Assembly (NCBI GenBank): GCA_050951545.1
Contig: JBMNJG010000009.1
Location: 32,001-96,000 of the forward strand
From: Limnochordia bacterium
Lineage (GTDB): Bacteria > Bacillota > Limnochordia > DTU080
Length of the DNA stretch: 64,000 nt
Reading direction: 5' to 3'
A program made the position numbers and the translations under genes. Below the pieces are notes generated by a model. It did no database searches, was not told the origin of the DNA, and saw only the letters and a program-made list of their open reading frames with translations. Numbering within the stretch: position 1 is the stretch's first letter; every line of letters begins with the position of its first letter. Positions 10,916 to 21,555 of this stretch are shown here, piece after piece.

Positions 10916-11902
10916 ATGACATCACGTGAGATCATTCTGCGCAATATCACTCACAGTAACCCCGAACGGCCTGGTCTGAACTTTAGTCGGGGTCGCTTGA
11001 ACGATTTCCGCGGTGCCGGCGTGGGAGCCTCAGCCCACTGGCAGGAGAAGCGGTGGGTCGAGGGTGACGTCGAGTACTATGACGATGAATGGGGCAACAT
11101 CTGGCACCGCTTCGTCTACGGCTCCAAAGGTGGAGAGATCTATCGTCCGGCCATTGAGGACTGGGCGCAGCTCAAAGATCTGCGTGTACCCGATTTCGAT
11201 AATCCGGCCCGCTTTGCGCGCATGCGCACCATTTTCACAGACGAGACCTCGAAGTTCAGGCTGGCCAGCATCCCTGGGTGGGTCTTTGCTACCTCACGCT
11301 ACTTGCGCAAAATGGAGATCTACTTCATGGACCTGCTGATTGAGCGGGATCACATTGAAGAACTACACGAGATTGTCACCAGTCTCTACGAACGCGTCAT
11401 CATCCAGTGCGCCAAAGCTGGTGCTGATGGCATCTTCTTTTGTGAGGATCTCGGCACTCAGGAAAGGGTACTCATCGGTCCACCCATGTGGCGCGAGATC
11501 TTTGCTCCTCACTACCGCCGCCTATGTGGTACGGCTCATGCACACGGCCTCAAGGTCATCATGCACTCGTGCGGTTACAACTGGGAGCTGATCGATGATC
11601 TCATCGACAACGGTATTGACTGTCTCCAGTTTGATCAGCCCGCCGCCTATGACCAAGTAGCCCTGCCAGCCAAGCTCAGAGAACGCAAGGTTGGGCTGTG
11701 GTCACCAGTAGACATCCAGAAGATCATGCCTACAGGCGACAGAAAGCTTATCGAAAGCGAAGCCCGGCGCATGGTGCAGACCTACCAAGGCGGCTTGATA
11801 ATGAAAAACTACGGCGACATCGCGGGGATCGGCATCAAAGAAGAGTGGGATGATTGGGCCTACCATGCCATCCTTGAGGCTATCGGCATTGACAGCCCGT
11901 AG
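10916..11902 (+). CDS. Uroporphyrinogen decarboxylase (URO-D/MtaA-like) family protein
   Basis: MTSRE start after GGAGG, DEWG, EDLGTQ, IMHSCG, GIDCLQ motifs. Confidence 0.82.
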   Translation: MTSREIILRNITHSNPERPGLNFSRGRLNDFRGAGVGASAHWQEKRWVEGDVEYYDDEWGNIWHRFVYGSKGGEIYRPAIEDWAQLKDLRVPDFDNPARFARMRTIFTDETSKFRLASIPGWVFATSRYLRKMEIYFMDLLIERDHIEELHEIVTSLYERVIIQCAKAGADGIFFCEDLGTQERVLIGPPMWREIFAPHYRRLCGTAHAHGLKVIMHSCGYNWELIDDLIDNGIDCLQFDQPAAYDQVALPAKLRERKVGLWSPVDIQKIMPTGDRKLIESEARRMVQTYQGGLIMKNYGDIAGIGIKEEWDDWAYHAILEAIGIDSP

Positions 11903-11903
11903 A

Positions 11904-13184
11904 TCATGAACTCGAGCGGCGCTCACCAGTCCCGTGCAAAGGCAATTTGAGCGATGACCCGGTAAAGCTAATCTCCGGTCGGGTGATCATCTCTCTGAGG
12001 ACCAAACAGTAGGCACCCATTACCAGTGCCTTCTCTTTGAGACTGGCCATCAGTATGGGAACCCCTCTGTGGGCGCGAAGGAAAGCCCGTTGTTCTACCA
12101 CTTCCCGCACGGGGTTCAACACGAGATCACCAGCCAGACAGATTCGTCCACCGATGACCACTGCCTCAGGGTCCACACTGTTCAACATGTTGACAATACC
12201 CGCTCCAAGCGCTTGCCCTACGCTCTCCAAGGCCTTGAGCGCTACACCGTCCCCTTGGCTGGCCGCCTCCACCACCGAAGCAAACGACATCCCTGAGGAG
12301 ATATCTGACAGCCTGCTCGGTTGGCCGGCCTGTATGGCCCGTTGAGCGGCGAGCACTGCAGCCTGCGGAGATGCATACAGCTCCAGGCATCCACGGTTGC
12401 CACACCCGCAACGAGGACCGTCCAGCTGAATCGTCGTGTGACCTATCTCGCCCGCCGCATTATGCGCTCCCCGGTAGACATCGCCGCCCATCACGATACT
12501 GCCACCTACGCCAGTATCCACAAGCAGGCAAACGAAGTCGCTCAGACCTTGGGCAACACCAAACCACATCTCTGCCAAGGCCATGGCATTCGCATCGTTG
12601 TCGACGAATGTAGGCAGACCGGTTAGTGTCTCAATCTGGTCACGGAAAGTGCTCTTCGGCCAGGCCAGAAGGTGAGGAGCTGATGCCAAGGCACCCTCCT
12701 CCATACCATCAAACACGCCGGGCGCGTTGATGCCTGCCCCGATGATCTTCCTTGCTTCAGCCGGATTCTCAGCGAGCACAGAGTTGATCAGTGCGGCGAT
12801 TGTCTGGGTGATCTCGCCTACGGGCTGCGCCAAACAGATCTTCTGACGTCTGTCGCCGACAGTCTCTTGCATGTTGAGATCCGTGAGCACGACCAACACG
12901 CTCTGCCGCGAGAGACTCACCGCCACTACACAGCCGCGGTCTGGGCGCAAGCGCAGCATTGTCATGGGACGTCCCCGAGGCATGGACTTGGTGCCAGCCT
13001 CTTCTACCAGCCCCTGGTCTATTAGCTCGCGCACAATATGGGTGACGGTGGCCGGATTGAGGCCGCTCGCCCGCGCCAGCTCGCTACGAGAGATGCGCCC
13101 GACCTGTCTGATGCTGCTGAAGATCGCGGCGCGGTTGTTCAACCTGACATCAGTCAGATTCCTACCCTGGACAGACCTTCTCAT
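11904..13184 (-). CDS. ROK family transcriptional repressor (XylR/NagC-like)
   Basis: N-terminal HTH ISRSELAR..GL..ATV, GRP, DNDANAMALAE, AGEIGH, CGCGNRGCLE. Confidence 0.93.
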   Translation of the reverse strand: MRRSVQGRNLTDVRLNNRAAIFSSIRQVGRISRSELARASGLNPATVTHIVRELIDQGLVEEAGTKSMPRGRPMTMLRLRPDRGCVVAVSLSRQSVLVVLTDLNMQETVGDRRQKICLAQPVGEITQTIAALINSVLAENPAEARKIIGAGINAPGVFDGMEEGALASAPHLLAWPKSTFRDQIETLTGLPTFVDNDANAMALAEMWFGVAQGLSDFVCLLVDTGVGGSIVMGGDVYRGAHNAAGEIGHTTIQLDGPRCGCGNRGCLELYASPQAAVLAAQRAIQAGQPSRLSDISSGMSFASVVEAASQGDGVALKALESVGQALGAGIVNMLNSVDPEAVVIGGRICLAGDLVLNPVREVVEQRAFLRAHRGVPILMASLKEKALVMGAYCLVLREMITRPEISFTGSSLKLPLHGTGERRSSS

Positions 13185-13210
13185 GACCAAACCCCCAACC
13201 CTTGCCACAT

Positions 13211-14236
13211 CTACCCTCGTCTTCGGTAATGCGCCAATACTTCATCCGGAATGGCTGTGCCCGTGGTTCCCAGCTTGCGAATGGTGATGGATGCAATCAG
13301 GTTCCCCAGAAAGGCAGCCTCTGTACGGCTGGCCCCACAGGCGAGAGCGCAAACCATTCCTGCAGTGGTGGCATCACCCGCCCCGACGACATCAATCGGC
13401 CCCTCCACGTGAATTGCTGGCACTTCCTGTACCATGGCTCCTTCCACCACCAGCTGGCCATGCGGGCCCAGAGTCACAAAGACAGGACGTCGGGTTCGCT
13501 CAGCCAAGGCCAGGGCGCTGCGTCGGACAGTATCTTCGGAGGCCTCCGCTGGCTCCGCCGGGAAGACAGCACAGACGCTCTCGTATTGGTTACACTTGAT
13601 GATCACATCCTCGAATTCCCCAATGCGACTGCGTGAGTCAGCAACAATAGGCAAAGCAGGATGGGTACGACCTAGTTGCTGTAGACTCTCACGCACCCGC
13701 TGCGTAATGACACCGCATTCGGGTTCAGTCACCTGATCTAACACGATCACCGCGTCGACCTGAGGCACCAATTTGAGCAGGCTCCAGATCATGCGCTCCT
13801 GAAGGGCTGGAGGTGTGGGACTCCAGTTCTTGATGTCAAGGCGATTGATCTCTCGTTCGCCCTCGGGCTCGCGTACCATGGGCTTGGTGTAGGTGGGCGT
13901 CGTTCGGTCTCCGGCAGCAACGAGATGATCCGTCACAACCCCCGTCTGCTGCAACGCCCGCCGTAGCTCGTAACCTTCGCCATCGTCGCCCACAATGCCC
14001 AAAGCCACCACATGGCCCACGCCAAGTGCCCGCAGGTTGTTGGTCACTGTCCCCGCTGCTCCCGCCTGTGCCCGTTCCTCTATTACCTGGTAGGCCACCA
14101 ACCCGGTCTCCAACGACAGCTCGTCGCGTGCGGGGTCAATGATCAGATACCTGTCTAGGAAGAAATCACCGACCACGAGTACAGAGATCTCCGGTAGCTT
14201 GGCCAGGATCCCCTGCAACCGCTGATACGTCATCAT
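13211..14236 (-). CDS. PfkB-family carbohydrate kinase, RfaE/HldE domain I-like
   Basis: VVGDFFLDRY, GAAGTV..N, VTLG..G, DVVGAGD. Confidence 0.85.
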   Translation of the reverse strand: MMTYQRLQGILAKLPEISVLVVGDFFLDRYLIIDPARDELSLETGLVAYQVIEERAQAGAAGTVTNNLRALGVGHVVALGIVGDDGEGYELRRALQQTGVVTDHLVAAGDRTTPTYTKPMVREPEGEREINRLDIKNWSPTPPALQERMIWSLLKLVPQVDAVIVLDQVTEPECGVITQRVRESLQQLGRTHPALPIVADSRSRIGEFEDVIIKCNQYESVCAVFPAEPAEASEDTVRRSALALAERTRRPVFVTLGPHGQLVVEGAMVQEVPAIHVEGPIDVVGAGDATTAGMVCALACGASRTEAAFLGNLIASITIRKLGTTGTAIPDEVLAHYRRRG

Positions 14237-14257
14237 AGCCGCCCATCCCCCCGCTAT

Positions 14258-15235
14258 CTAGCCTGCCAACAGCTTCTTGGCGAGGTTACCAAGTGTCGCC
14301 CGATGGTCGCCTCGCAGGTAAAAGCTCTCTCCACCGTCGGCTACCGTGCGCACCAAAATGGTTTTCCACGGACGAAAGAAGTAGCGGTAATCCGACTTTT
14401 CCGGCTGCACCCGGGACTCAGCACTATCTAGGGGAAACAGATCGCCTACTGCTGAGGTAAAATGGGCGATGCGTTTGCCCTGATTGCTGGCCACATTACG
14501 GGCCATCGCCAGTGCTTTCAGATAGACCTCCGGTCCGGTAACCGCCGATCCGATATTCAGAAAGACGCCGCCTTCCAGGTTCGTGACGGACTGAGTGAAG
14601 ATGAGAAAGTCGCGATAGGAAGCTTCACCGAGTGCTGCCCCGTCGCACGACGGATGCTCGTGGATGATATCGCAGCCGATGCCGACATGTACTGTCACTG
14701 GCACTTGCAGACGATAACCCGTAGCGAACAGGCTGATATCCCGGTATGGAAACTGCTCCTCTTGGATCATCTTGCCCACCGCTTCGCCGAAGCCGAGACC
14801 CTCTCGTTGGCCGTTTTTCACTGCCCGGTTGATCTCACCAGTCTCAGCCCACAATCCAAACTCGCCCGTACGGATATAGCGGGACACGCTCTCGGTCGTG
14901 GCTCCGATTAACGCAAACTCGAAGTCGTGAATGGCCCCCGCCCCATTGAGTGCGAAGTGGGTGACGTACTTTTGGCGCATCAGTTCGATCAAGAAGCGTG
15001 ACAGCCCGCTGCGAATGACATGCGCTCCCATCATGAGAATCACTGCGGCACCTCTCTCGCGGGAGGTAACAATCCGCTTGGCCAACATATCTAGGTTGGC
15101 GTCGGTGTATGGCGGCAAAGGATCATCAAGCTGCAAAATGCTGCTGACACTCAAGTCATGCACCCGTTCCGCCAACGGCTTCAGGCGCAGCTGGCTACGG
15201 TCAAACTCAGTGAAAGGCACAGGGCACCTCCCCAA
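14258..15235 (-). CDS. Conserved hypothetical protein, deoxyhypusine-synthase-like fold (GSU2086-like)
   Basis: MGAHVI, NGAGAIHDFE, TSE.V-like, G.FG...ETG, PVTVHV.IG.DIIHEHP, GSAVTGPEVYLKAL. Confidence 0.65.
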   Translation of the reverse strand: MGRCPVPFTEFDRSQLRLKPLAERVHDLSVSSILQLDDPLPPYTDANLDMLAKRIVTSRERGAAVILMMGAHVIRSGLSRFLIELMRQKYVTHFALNGAGAIHDFEFALIGATTESVSRYIRTGEFGLWAETGEINRAVKNGQREGLGFGEAVGKMIQEEQFPYRDISLFATGYRLQVPVTVHVGIGCDIIHEHPSCDGAALGEASYRDFLIFTQSVTNLEGGVFLNIGSAVTGPEVYLKALAMARNVASNQGKRIAHFTSAVGDLFPLDSAESRVQPEKSDYRYFFRPWKTILVRTVADGGESFYLRGDHRATLGNLAKKLLAG

Positions 15236-15242
15236 TCAGACG

Positions 15243-16079
15243 TTACTGCTCAGCGGGAAACAGATACTCCATCAGAGTCTGGGTCTGTGAAAACTCCGGA
15301 ATGATGATGTCAGCGCCAGCACGGATCAGGCGCTCGCGCTTCCACGGATCAATGCCATGTCGGCGCGCCTCATCAGAGGCTAATCCTACTGCGAAACCAC
15401 CCACCGCTTTCACATTCTCAATCTCTACAAAACCATCGCCCACCCCAAGAAGGTGCGAACCTGAGAGCCCATGCTCGGTCATGATCTTCTGGATCACTTT
15501 CGCCTTTGAGAACAGCTGGTATTGGTCTAGCGCCCCGTAGATCCCGCCGTCGAAGAACTGCGCTACACCTAAGGACGCTGCCTCAGCGAGCACATAGACC
15601 TCGTCGGTACCACTCGCCAGATACAGCTTGACCTCTCGAGTGCGCAATGCAGCTAGAAAGTCTAGCACCCCAGGAACAAGCAGCTCTGCAGGGGCGATGC
15701 TGCCATCTTTCAAGCCCTGCAGACGATGATCGATGCGTTGTAGTAGACGCCTGTGATACTCGTTCTTATACTCTAGAGGCTCCAGAGGGTGCCCCCCCAG
15801 GCGCCGGATCTCCTCCGCCAGGCGAATACACTGGTAGATGGTCTGTTTTCCCGTCAACTCATCTACGAAATCCCGTACATAACTCGATACCTGCTCCTGA
15901 CGGCCATCGGAGCCTACCTTCATCAGCAACTCGGTGAAGTAGGGCACCATCACGTCCTGCCAGCCCTGACGAATGAGACTGATGGTACCGTCGAAATCAA
16001 ACAACGCTGCCTTGAACTGGCCGCGTACCGCATCATCGCGCACAACCTCTATGCCCCACTTGTCGTCAGCACTCGCCAT
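15243..16079 (-). CDS. HAD-superfamily hydrolase
   Basis: FDFDGTISLIR motif I, LASGT, GDGFVE; ATG after GGAGG RBS. Confidence 0.85.
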   Translation of the reverse strand: MASADDKWGIEVVRDDAVRGQFKAALFDFDGTISLIRQGWQDVMVPYFTELLMKVGSDGRQEQVSSYVRDFVDELTGKQTIYQCIRLAEEIRRLGGHPLEPLEYKNEYHRRLLQRIDHRLQGLKDGSIAPAELLVPGVLDFLAALRTREVKLYLASGTDEVYVLAEAASLGVAQFFDGGIYGALDQYQLFSKAKVIQKIMTEHGLSGSHLLGVGDGFVEIENVKAVGGFAVGLASDEARRHGIDPWKRERLIRAGADIIIPEFSQTQTLMEYLFPAEQ

Positions 16080-16512
16080 GACGATACCTCCGTATTTGCG
16101 GTTTCCTAAAGGCACGGCCACTTGGTTGATTGCTTCAAGAAAATTATGGCCCACGGAACTTCCAATGTCAACCATATACTGGTACACTCTGGAAGCCATG
16201 GCCTCCATGCTATATCATAGTAGGGGCTGCACACAGCGTGGATTTTTCCTCGCAATGCTCGGCTCCAGCTGCTTTGGTGATCCGCGTAACAGAATCATAC
16301 TGTTACACAGGGCATTATGAAGACAGCCCGCAGCGTGCGATCAGCAACCAGCAGTAGGGGGGCGCATATGGAGGCCCAGCCACCACAACAGCCGCCCATG
16401 GTTGGGTGCAAGCACCACTGCTATGGAAGTACATCAGCAGTGCGATCTCCGACCACATACCCTGTCACAGCGCCTGCGCGCCGTGGGACGGTACTTGAAG
16501 GGGGAATCTTCT

Positions 16513-17118
16513 ATGATCCGACGCGTTGTCAGCTCTATGATCTTGATACTGGTACTTGTCACCGCTGCCGCCTCTGCTGGCACCATCCGCGGAGTGTCAG
16601 GGCTTATCGATATTCCCAATGCTGATGCCTTGGCACCGAGTTCGATCGAAACAGGTGTACATGTCGTAGATGGCAAAGCCGCTCTCTCAATCACCGTTGG
16701 ACTTGCTGCACGCTTGGAGGCCGGACTAAACACTAGCCTCAAAGACGGCTCTCTGGACTTCACGATGAAAGGTATCGTCATTCCGGAGACACACGACAAC
16801 CTCGGAATGGCTGTCGGCTACGATACTGGATCGCTGTACTTTGTCTTAAGCAAAGCCTTTAACGGACTCAGAGGACACATTGGCTTTGGCGATGGACGCT
16901 ACGGAGGAGTCTTTGCTGGCTTGTCTGCTTCACTAAGTCCCGTAACCGTATCTGCACCAGGCCAAATGCGCCCGACCACGCTCTTTCTACTCGAGCATAA
17001 CGGCCAAAGCCTCAGCGCAGGACTGCGCCTCGGAATTTCGCAAAACCTCAAAGCCGACCTGGCGATTGTGGACTTGGAGAAAGCTATGCTTGGTCTCAGC
17101 TACTCAACCCGCCTGTAG
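16513..17118 (+). CDS. Exported YjbH-like (outer-membrane beta-barrel-type) protein
   Basis: Signal peptide, G.SGLI.IP.AD N-terminal motif, amphipathic beta-strands. Confidence 0.6.
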   Translation: MIRRVVSSMILILVLVTAAASAGTIRGVSGLIDIPNADALAPSSIETGVHVVDGKAALSITVGLAARLEAGLNTSLKDGSLDFTMKGIVIPETHDNLGMAVGYDTGSLYFVLSKAFNGLRGHIGFGDGRYGGVFAGLSASLSPVTVSAPGQMRPTTLFLLEHNGQSLSAGLRLGISQNLKADLAIVDLEKAMLGLSYSTRL

Positions 17119-17182
17119 GACGCCGACATGCCCGCACAGCGTAACACGATCTACCGGGGCGAAAGCCATCCCCTCACTTCCT

Positions 17183-17203
17183 GCCGCCGTAAGGCGGCTT
17201 TTC
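17183..17203 (+). terminator. Intrinsic terminator
   Basis: GCCGCC-GTAA-GGCGGC-TTTT. Confidence 0.7.
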
Positions 17204-17305
17204 TCGTTCGTCGAGGCCTCGCCAGGCAGGAGCTCCCAAGAAACAGCAGAAAGTGAGAAAGGCCGACGCGCCAAACACGACTCCATTGTCCAGGGAGGAT
17301 CTTCT

Positions 17306-18325
17306 ATGGAACGCGTGCTTCTGGTGGCACCTCACGTCGTGGTGATAGACGAAGTCTGCCCACCACAACCTGAACTCGGTGAAGTGCTCGTCCAGGTCGA
17401 TGTCGTAGGTATCTGCGGTTCAGACATCCATGCCTACCATGGACGTCACCCCTTCATCAGCCTGCCAGTCATCCCAGGCCACGAGTTCGCTGGCACCGTA
17501 GTGGCCACAGGCGATGGGGTGGACCGTGATTGGATCGGCCGCCGGGTCACAGCAGTTCCTTCATTGATATGCGGGAAATGCTACAACTGTCGCCACGGGC
17601 GCTACAACATCTGCAACGAACTGCGCGTCTTGGGTTGCCAAGCCGACGGAGCAATGGCCGAGTTGGTCCGAGTACCCGCTGCCATGCTGGTTGAGCTCCC
17701 CGGCGACATGTCCTTCGAGACAGGGGCCCTCGTCGAACCATTAGCGGTAGCCGTGGGAGCGCTCCATCGCGCAGAAACAGTAGCTGGGCGCCGGGCCGTC
17801 GTCTTTGGTGCGGGAACGATCGGCCTTCTCGTCACCCAGGTGGCCAAAGCACACGGGGCACGAGAGGTGGTGGTCATTGAACCGCAGGCCAATCGTCGCA
17901 ACCTCGCCCTGAACCTTGGAGCCGATATCGCTGTAGATCCTACCCGTGAGGATGTGGTCGCTTGGGCGCACGGCAAATACGGCCTGGACGGCATTGACTT
18001 GTCGTTCGAGTGCGTCGGAGTAGCAGCTACCGTCAACACTGCCATCCGGATCAACCGTAAAGGAACCCGCGTCATTGTGGTTGGCGTCTTCGAAGAGGAT
18101 GCGAGTATCGCCATGGGCCTGGTGCAGGATCGGGAGATAGAACTAGTCGGAACTCTTATGTACCGCAAGGAGCACTTTGGCGAAGCAATCTGGCTACTTC
18201 AGTCTGGAAAGGTCCAGGCAGATCCACTTATCACGCAGCGCTTTCCGCTGACAGAGGCAGCCCGAGCCTTCGCCGAGCTGACGCAGGATGGGTCGCCAAC
18301 CGTTAAGGCCACTCTGCAGCTGTAA
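17306..18325 (+). CDS. Zinc-dependent alcohol/polyol dehydrogenase (sorbitol DH-like)
   Basis: GICGSD, GHE, CGKCYNC..G..N.C, GAGTIG. Confidence 0.93.
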   Translation: MERVLLVAPHVVVIDEVCPPQPELGEVLVQVDVVGICGSDIHAYHGRHPFISLPVIPGHEFAGTVVATGDGVDRDWIGRRVTAVPSLICGKCYNCRHGRYNICNELRVLGCQADGAMAELVRVPAAMLVELPGDMSFETGALVEPLAVAVGALHRAETVAGRRAVVFGAGTIGLLVTQVAKAHGAREVVVIEPQANRRNLALNLGADIAVDPTREDVVAWAHGKYGLDGIDLSFECVGVAATVNTAIRINRKGTRVIVVGVFEEDASIAMGLVQDREIELVGTLMYRKEHFGEAIWLLQSGKVQADPLITQRFPLTEAARAFAELTQDGSPTVKATLQL

Positions 18326-18379
18326 CGCTGGAAGACGTTCAAACCCACGCTTCCTTCTTCAGGCAACCACAAACTGGAG

Positions 18380-19603
18380 GTGAGCGACCTGGTTGAGTCC
18401 GACCGCCACATATTGCGGGAGTTGGCCACCCGTTATCTTGAGATCTGCTACGGTCCATCGCAAACTGAGAAGCGACGACTCTGGCGCCAACTCCACAGCC
18501 TCAGACCCACACAACCTCTGATCTATGTACGAGCATTTGCTTGGTCAGAAATGCCCGAGAGCAAGTGCGGTTGTACAGATCCTTTTCTCCGTCAGTTTGA
18601 GGCTTTTTTCCGGCAGTCGCTCTTCCGTCATAGTCTCGACGACGATTTCATCTTCGAGCCATGGGTCAGTGTGCCCGCGGTCTATCGCTGCACGGGTTGG
18701 GGTGTCGAAGGAACCCGCCAACACTCAACTGAGGCACGGGGTTCTTGGAAGATGCAGTACCCGCTGCATAGCTATGAAGATCTGAGCAAGCTACGCCCGC
18801 CCTGGCATGAGATAGATGAGGAAAAGACGGCTGCCAGAGTAGCCCGCCTGCAGGATCTCATCGGTGATATCCTCACGATCAACGCCGAGAGGGGCCCAGC
18901 CTACAGGATGTGGGCTGGAGATATCTCAACCCACTTGGGCTATCTGCGGGGCATTGAGCATTTCATGCTCGACATGTATGACAACCCCGAGGGACTACAT
19001 AAGCTCTGCTCATTTCTGGGAGCGGGAGTGCTGCGCACGCACGACCAAGCCGAGGCCGCCGGGGATTGGGACCTGTCATGTCACCAGAACCAGGCCATGC
19101 CCTACGCAGAAGAGCTACCTGATCCAACCGCTAACGTGCGAGGAGTCTCACGCAAGCAACTATGGTGCTTTATGGCGGCCCAGGAATTTGCCACAGTCTC
19201 CCCCCAGATGCATGAAGAGTTCCTTCTCCGCTACCAGCTCCCCATATTGGAGCAGTTCGGCCTGACGGCCTACGGTTGTTGCGAGGATCTGACGCGAAAG
19301 ATATCTATGCTGCGGCAGATCCCCAATTTGAGGCGCATAGCAGTGGCTCCCTCTGCCAATGTAGCCTCTTGTGTTGAGCAAATTGGTACCGACTACGTGA
19401 TCAGCTATCGGCCAAGTCCGGTCGACATGGTCGGCTATGGCTGGGATGAGCCACGGGTCAGACGCATTCTTAAGGAAGATCTCGATGTACTGCAAGGCTG
19501 TCTCTTCGATATCACGCTAAAAGACGTGGAGACCGTGCAATACGATCCAGCCCGTGTCCGCAGATGGGTGCAAGTGGTCCGAGAACTCACAGGGACCGCG
19601 TGA
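18380..19603 (+). CDS. URO-D-like TIM-barrel hypothetical protein
   Basis: LRG.E..M.DMYD.PE, VSP.MHEEF, YGCCEDL motifs. Confidence 0.65.
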   Translation: MSDLVESDRHILRELATRYLEICYGPSQTEKRRLWRQLHSLRPTQPLIYVRAFAWSEMPESKCGCTDPFLRQFEAFFRQSLFRHSLDDDFIFEPWVSVPAVYRCTGWGVEGTRQHSTEARGSWKMQYPLHSYEDLSKLRPPWHEIDEEKTAARVARLQDLIGDILTINAERGPAYRMWAGDISTHLGYLRGIEHFMLDMYDNPEGLHKLCSFLGAGVLRTHDQAEAAGDWDLSCHQNQAMPYAEELPDPTANVRGVSRKQLWCFMAAQEFATVSPQMHEEFLLRYQLPILEQFGLTAYGCCEDLTRKISMLRQIPNLRRIAVAPSANVASCVEQIGTDYVISYRPSPVDMVGYGWDEPRVRRILKEDLDVLQGCLFDITLKDVETVQYDPARVRRWVQVVRELTGTA

Positions 19604-19668
19604 CGACCCCCTGGACTGAAGCCCAAGGCTGTCAGCGCAGCACTGTCCCCTAAGGTCCTGTTCCACCC

Positions 19669-21414
19669 TCAGTCACGCAGTGCTCTGCTGACCTCCATGA
19701 ATTCCGCCTCCATTTGGGCCACCTGCTCAGCATCGGCGGCACTGCCTAACTGCGCGGCAAGCCAGGCACGGCGGTTTTCCAGCAGTAGACGTTCGTCGGC
19801 TGAAAGAACTCGGCCCTTGTCAACACTGTCTGCTGAGACCTGAGCTTGAGTTCGCCAGTCGAGATACTCCCTGTAAGTCCCAGGATACGTCAGCACTCTT
19901 CCATCAGTAATAGCCAGGATCTTGGTGCAGACGGTTTGCATCAGATAGCGGTCATGCGTGACAACAATCATGGTGCCATCGTAGGCCTGCAAGGCCTCTT
20001 CCACCTGCTCCCTAGCGGGAATGTCGAGGTGGTTCGTCGGCTCGTCGAGCATCAGGATGTTGTGATCACCGAGCAACAGCCTGATAAGTGCTATCCGCCG
20101 CCGCTCACCCTCGCTCAACACGGCCAACGGCTTTTCCCAGTCGCTCTGTGTGAACAGAAACAAGGCTAGCGTGTGACGGACTCGTTGGTGACATTCGGGC
20201 GTTCTCCAGCTGAACAGACTCAAGACGCTGTCGAGCACGGAGATATCTCCCCTGAGTTGGTGCATCTCCTGCTCCAGGAAACCTGGCCTTAGGCTTGGAG
20301 AGACCCAGACAGTCCCCCACGTCGGTGGCTCGAGGCCGAGCAGAACGCGCAGCAGAGTGGTCTTTCCTGCCCCATTGGGTCCAACCAAACCGATCTTGTC
20401 ACCACGCGTGATGGCGAAATCGGCGCCGCGAAAAAGAGTACGGGCAAAGGCCTTCCCCAACCCCTCGGCCAAAAGCAGGCGTGTGCCCAACCGCTCATCA
20501 CTAGACAACTCAAGTGAGATGGCCTTCTCCGGTCTCGGCTTGGCGGTTGCAGCAGACTTCATGCGCTCTAGCCGTTTGATCGTGGCCTTTGCCCGAGCCG
20601 CCGTCTTCTTCGCTCGTGCCCGGTAGAAGTCGTGTTGACCAGCCTGTCGGTGGGCCAGGTGAAACCAGCGCATCTGGCGGGCGATGTTCTCCTCGATGCG
20701 TCGGATCTGTTTCTGTTCTTTCCGGTGTTGACGGGCCTGGCGCTCTACAGCCTCCTGCTTCTGCCTACGGTAGTCACTGTAATTGCCGCTGTAGTCGCCT
20801 AGCCCAGTCGGCGAAAGCTCTAGCACGCGCCTAGCCACTTGGTCGAGGAAATAGCGATCATGAGAGATGGTCACGATAGTATACGGATAGGTGCTGACAA
20901 TCTTTGCTAGGCGCTCACAGCCCTCCTGGTCGAGATGGTTGGTGGGCTCATCGAGCACCAGGAGATCGGGCAACGATAGCCAACAGCGAGCAAGCACCAA
21001 GCGGCTTTTTTGCCCTCCACTGAGCTGAGCTAGAGGCAAGGCCGCTTCTTCATCGCCAAAGCCAAAACGCCCCAAAGCCTCCGAAACCGAACAGCGGATT
21101 GCAGCACCGAGCACTTGCTCTTCTGCCGTCAGAACGCTTCGGGCGCAACCGTGCGCTGGCAACTCCAACGCCTGAGGCAGGTAACCCATGACCAGCGCAT
21201 CGTCAAGACACCGGACAGTCCCGGAGGTAGCTGGCTCAAGGCCGAGAATCATGCGAACCAATGTAGTCTTGCCGATTCCGTTGGGCCCGACAAGAGCGAT
21301 GCGTTCATTCGAGCCAATCGAGAAGTTAAGGTCAGAAAAGAGAGAGCGCTGACCAAAGGTTTTTGCTAGATTCATGACCTGTATTAGGGCTTGACCCAAG
21401 AGAAACACCCCCAC
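19669..21414 (-). CDS. ABC-F ATPase, ribosomal-protection (ARE/VmlR/CplR)-like; probable TTG start at 21399
   Basis: Two NBDs (GPNGIGKTT, LSGGQ, LDEPTNHLD; GPNGAGKTT, LSEGE, LDEPTNHLD), extended linker WFHLAHRQAGQHDFYRARAKK, no TM helices. Confidence 0.85.
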   Translation of the reverse strand: MGVFLLGQALIQVMNLAKTFGQRSLFSDLNFSIGSNERIALVGPNGIGKTTLVRMILGLEPATSGTVRCLDDALVMGYLPQALELPAHGCARSVLTAEEQVLGAAIRCSVSEALGRFGFGDEEAALPLAQLSGGQKSRLVLARCWLSLPDLLVLDEPTNHLDQEGCERLAKIVSTYPYTIVTISHDRYFLDQVARRVLELSPTGLGDYSGNYSDYRRQKQEAVERQARQHRKEQKQIRRIEENIARQMRWFHLAHRQAGQHDFYRARAKKTAARAKATIKRLERMKSAATAKPRPEKAISLELSSDERLGTRLLLAEGLGKAFARTLFRGADFAITRGDKIGLVGPNGAGKTTLLRVLLGLEPPTWGTVWVSPSLRPGFLEQEMHQLRGDISVLDSVLSLFSWRTPECHQRVRHTLALFLFTQSDWEKPLAVLSEGERRRIALIRLLLGDHNILMLDEPTNHLDIPAREQVEEALQAYDGTMIVVTHDRYLMQTVCTKILAITDGRVLTYPGTYREYLDWRTQAQVSADSVDKGRVLSADERLLLENRRAWLAAQLGSAADAEQVAQMEAEFMEVSRALRD

Positions 21415-21510
21415 TGCTGTGTAGGGGTAAGCAGCGCAGGGGCATGCGCTCAGATGGGCCGATCCGTGCGAAGGATAAGGGAAGCCGCGACACGACAGAC
21501 CTCTACGCTC

Positions 21511-21555
21511 TCACCCTAGTATGTGGTTCGAGACAAAACAGCGATCAGTCCGCAT
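21511..21555 (-). promoter_or_regulatory. Putative leader uORF (MRTDRCFVSNHILG) of the ABC-F attenuator
   Basis: AAGGGAG RBS then 14 codons; downstream ACCCC/GGGGT pairing could occlude the ABC-F RBS. Confidence 0.5.
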
